DNA from: an uncultured bacterium
Lineage (GTDB): Bacteria > Chlamydiota > Chlamydiia > Chlamydiales > JAJFMA01
NCBI GenBank assembly: GCA_964436955.1
Contig: CAYTFC010000006.1
Coordinates: 4,390 to 65,001, forward strand
Direction: 5' to 3'
DNA length: 60,612 nt
The position numbers and the translations under genes are program-made. This document shows, piece after piece, positions 57,915 to 60,612 of this stretch (within the stretch, counting starts at the first letter, position 1; each line of letters starts with the position of its first letter). The notes beneath the pieces are model-generated. The model was not told the DNA's origin and made no database searches. It was given only the letters and a program-made list of their open reading frames with translations.

Positions 57915-59345
57915 CTAGATATTGCTGTGGTGCCGACCATAGACAACATAAACTGAAAGACCAATCAATAGCCATACAAACAAACGTAGCCAGTTTGTCC
58001 AATCTAGCGAGAACATCATTAGCAGGCATGTGAGAATGCCTAGCATGGGAACTGTAGGTACCCAGGGGGTGCGAAATTGACGCGGAAACTCTGGGTGACT
58101 TCTTCGCAATACCAGCACAGCAGCACAGACAATGACAAAAGCTAGTAGTGTGCCGATGCTAGTCATTTCTCCAACCCACTTTAGTGGAGCAAAAGCGCCA
58201 AAAAGAGCTACAAAACCCATTAAGATAAGATTGGAGCGCCATGGCGTGTGATACTTCGGATGCAAATCGGAAAATATTTTGGGTAGAAGTCCATCTTTAG
58301 ACATAGCAAAAAGGATTCTGGATTGGCCCAGCAACATCACCAATATCACAGAGGTGAATCCTGCTAAAATGGCGAGCTTTACAAGGTCATTGAGCCATGC
58401 ATAGGGTGTTTTATCGATAGCCAGCGCAACAGGCGCTGCGACATCGAGATCTTTATAATTCACTAGGCCTGTCATGACTATGGCGAATAGCATATAAAGG
58501 ACTGTGCATACGGCTAGGGATCCCATGATGCCAATGGGCATATTGCGTTGCGGATTTTTGGTTTCTTGTGCAGCCGTGGATACAGCGTCGAATCCAATGT
58601 AGGCAAAAAATACTACTCCAGCCGCATGAAGAATACCACTCCAACCAAACTCTCCGAATGTTCCCGTATTTTCAGGAATAAATGGATGGTAGTTGTCGGG
58701 GTTAATGTAGCTAGCACCCAATCCAATAAAGACGATGACTACCGAAACCTTAAGAACTACCACGATCGCATTGAAGAAAGCCGATTGTTTGATTCCCATG
58801 ATCAAAACACAAGATAATACGGCCACTACTAAAACAGCAGGGACGTTGACGTATCCGAAAACCGTGGAGCCGTCAGGTAGATGCACCGGCTGCCATGGTG
58901 ATGCTAGCCACTGCGTTGGAGGGTAGATTCCTAAATCATGCAGCAAAGACACCAGATAGGCTGACCAACTGATGGAAACCGTGGCCGCACCGACGGCATA
59001 TTCTAGAATCAAGTCCCAGCCGATGATCCAAGCCATTAATTCGCCCATGGTCGCGTAAGCATAGGTATAGGCGCTTCCGGAAATCGGAATCATGGTAGCC
59101 ATTTCGCTATAGCACAAGCCAGCGAAAGCTGAGCCAAGGGCTGCAATAGCGAAAGAGATAATGATGGCTGGTCCGGCACTTTCGGCAGCAGCTATGCCCG
59201 TAATAGAGAATAGACCCGCGCCGATGATTGCGCCGATGCCGAGTAGGATAAGCTGCAGGGGACCGAGTGTGCGTCTCAGTTTTTGAGGAGACTCGATTTC
59301 ATTGATTTGCAGCTGCTCTAGGCTTTTTCTTGTCCACATTCCCAT
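57915..59345 (-). CDS. APC-family amino acid permease
   Basis: GIGAIIGAGLF, SGSAYTY, FFAYIGFDAVST, SIGTL. Confidence 0.95.
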   Translation of the reverse strand: MGMWTRKSLEQLQINEIESPQKLRRTLGPLQLILLGIGAIIGAGLFSITGIAAAESAGPAIIISFAIAALGSAFAGLCYSEMATMIPISGSAYTYAYATMGELMAWIIGWDLILEYAVGAATVSISWSAYLVSLLHDLGIYPPTQWLASPWQPVHLPDGSTVFGYVNVPAVLVVAVLSCVLIMGIKQSAFFNAIVVVLKVSVVIVFIGLGASYINPDNYHPFIPENTGTFGEFGWSGILHAAGVVFFAYIGFDAVSTAAQETKNPQRNMPIGIMGSLAVCTVLYMLFAIVMTGLVNYKDLDVAAPVALAIDKTPYAWLNDLVKLAILAGFTSVILVMLLGQSRILFAMSKDGLLPKIFSDLHPKYHTPWRSNLILMGFVALFGAFAPLKWVGEMTSIGTLLAFVIVCAAVLVLRRSHPEFPRQFRTPWVPTVPMLGILTCLLMMFSLDWTNWLRLFVWLLIGLSVYVVYGRHHSNI

Positions 59346-59442
59346 GGCTGACTTCTACCACCAAGGCAAATACGCTGCAAGGCTTAACGGAGTTGACTAT
59401 CGTTCTCTAGGCGTGTATGACAATTCTTTTGGGAGGACGCAA

Positions 59443-60456
59443 ATGATACATCGTATTCTATTAGCCCTACTCTACGTCACGATAGCATCGTTCATATTCA
59501 CCATTTTTTCAACAGATCCAGGGGTGAATGTGGATTCGCGCAACAACATGCCAGCGTTGCTCTCTGGCGATGCGCACCGCCCTTTTGCGTACCGACCTCT
59601 GATGCCACAAGTCATTCATCGATTAGCTGCAATCCTTCCTGATTCCATGTGGAATACTTTTGTACATTACCGCTGGCAGCAGGAGGTTGATCATGAGCTT
59701 TATCGCGCCGATATAGACAAAACCTATGTAAAAGAATGGTACCTTTTTAAGTGGATAACGATTCTTTGTTTTACCGCATTCGGCGCCTGTATATTTATGC
59801 TGATCAGAGAGTTCTATCAGCTTTCGCTTACAGAATCGCACTTTTTAGCACTCTTAGGAATCGCCTTTTTACCACTGTTCTTTGGGCCCGCAAATTTGCT
59901 CTATGATCCCACTACTTTGTTATTCTTTCCTTTGGCGTTTATATGCGCTTATCGCAAGCAATTTGGGTGGTACTACCTTGTGTTCATTCTTGCAGCGTTC
60001 AATAAGGAACTATCGATTTTGCTTATTCCTGCTTTTGCAGTTATTTGCTGGAAAGAGATATCTAGAAAGCACCTTGCGATGCACCTAATCACTCAATGTG
60101 CTTTATTTGGCGCGATTGCGTTAGGGATTCGTTATTATTATTCAGACAATTTGGGAGAGCCCTTTGAACACAAATTTTTCCCCAATATTATTTTCTTAAC
60201 AACACCATCGATTTTTTTGGCGGAATTTATTTTGAAGGTGTTGGTTTTAGGATATTTAGTGTTTCAAGGGTGGCGTGAAAAGAACCTGCTGTTAAGACGG
60301 TCATTTTTGGTGATTTTCGTTCCGCTTGTAATTTTGATGTCCTTTGCAGCGCGTATTTCGGAATTGCGTGATTTGTACGAGATAGTGTTTTTGGTCTACT
60401 TATTGAGCATTCCAACTCTAAGAGAAGAACTTTCAGGCGGGCGACGTACCCATTAG
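59443..60456 (+). CDS. Multi-pass membrane protein, possibly GT-C glycosyltransferase-like
   Basis: About 9 TM segments, HRPFAYRPL, LYD and NKE motifs; GGAGG RBS before ATG 59443. Confidence 0.6.
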   Translation: MIHRILLALLYVTIASFIFTIFSTDPGVNVDSRNNMPALLSGDAHRPFAYRPLMPQVIHRLAAILPDSMWNTFVHYRWQQEVDHELYRADIDKTYVKEWYLFKWITILCFTAFGACIFMLIREFYQLSLTESHFLALLGIAFLPLFFGPANLLYDPTTLLFFPLAFICAYRKQFGWYYLVFILAAFNKELSILLIPAFAVICWKEISRKHLAMHLITQCALFGAIALGIRYYYSDNLGEPFEHKFFPNIIFLTTPSIFLAEFILKVLVLGYLVFQGWREKNLLLRRSFLVIFVPLVILMSFAARISELRDLYEIVFLVYLLSIPTLREELSGGRRTH

Positions 60457-60457
60457 G

Positions 60458-60482
60458 GTGGCGCGGTTTGTCCCCAGACCGC
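60458..60482 (+). repeat. REP-like palindrome
   Basis: GTGG-C-GCGGTTTG-TCCC-CAGACCGC just after a stop codon. Confidence 0.45.
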
Positions 60483-60612
60483 TAGATGAGTAAGCCCCTC
60501 CATAAAATCTAGAAGTGAAACTTTTGAAATAGTGTTTTCTTCAATATTCAAGGTGAACATTGTCTGTAACTCGCTCTAGCTCTGGCTCACTCATTTACCC
60601 GATCTATCTTGT

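Noticed and set aside
562-60415. Numerous short antisense or overlapping ORFs in the six-frame track (e.g. 5558-6202, 32961-33401, 41746-42177)
   Set aside because: Shadow frames of well-supported genes, without motifs or RBS

Overview
Chromosomal segment of an environmental Chlamydiae-like bacterium, inferred from the plastid-type G3P acyltransferase and a backbone order (plsB-rne/rng-yceD-rpmF-plsX ... lpxB-pcnB ... glmM-glmS-tyrP ... ftsY-sucC-sucD ... htrA ... M16 protease-pssA) that I recall from Chlamydia genomes. Accessory material fills the gaps. (1) A 5'-truncated gene with 21-aa tandem repeats, ankyrin repeats and a SET domain. (2) Between plsX and lpxB, a 1789-aa Rhs polymorphic toxin with a Sec-type signal peptide, its immunity gene, a decayed mosaic of orphan toxin tips and immunity genes, an Rhs-core fragment and a truncated group II intron. 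(3) A signal-peptide-bearing type II PI4-kinase-like protein. (4) Several T3SS-effector/Inc-like genes, one paired with a CesT/YbjN-like chaperone. (5) Many small intergenic palindromes: GT(A/G)G-tagged REP-like hairpins, a ~59-bp MITE inserted in a terminator loop, and a 63-bp direct repeat flanking an orphan gene. One tRNA-His(GTG). No rRNA, CRISPR array or intact transposase/integrase was seen. All calls come from motif recognition by eye; no searches were run.
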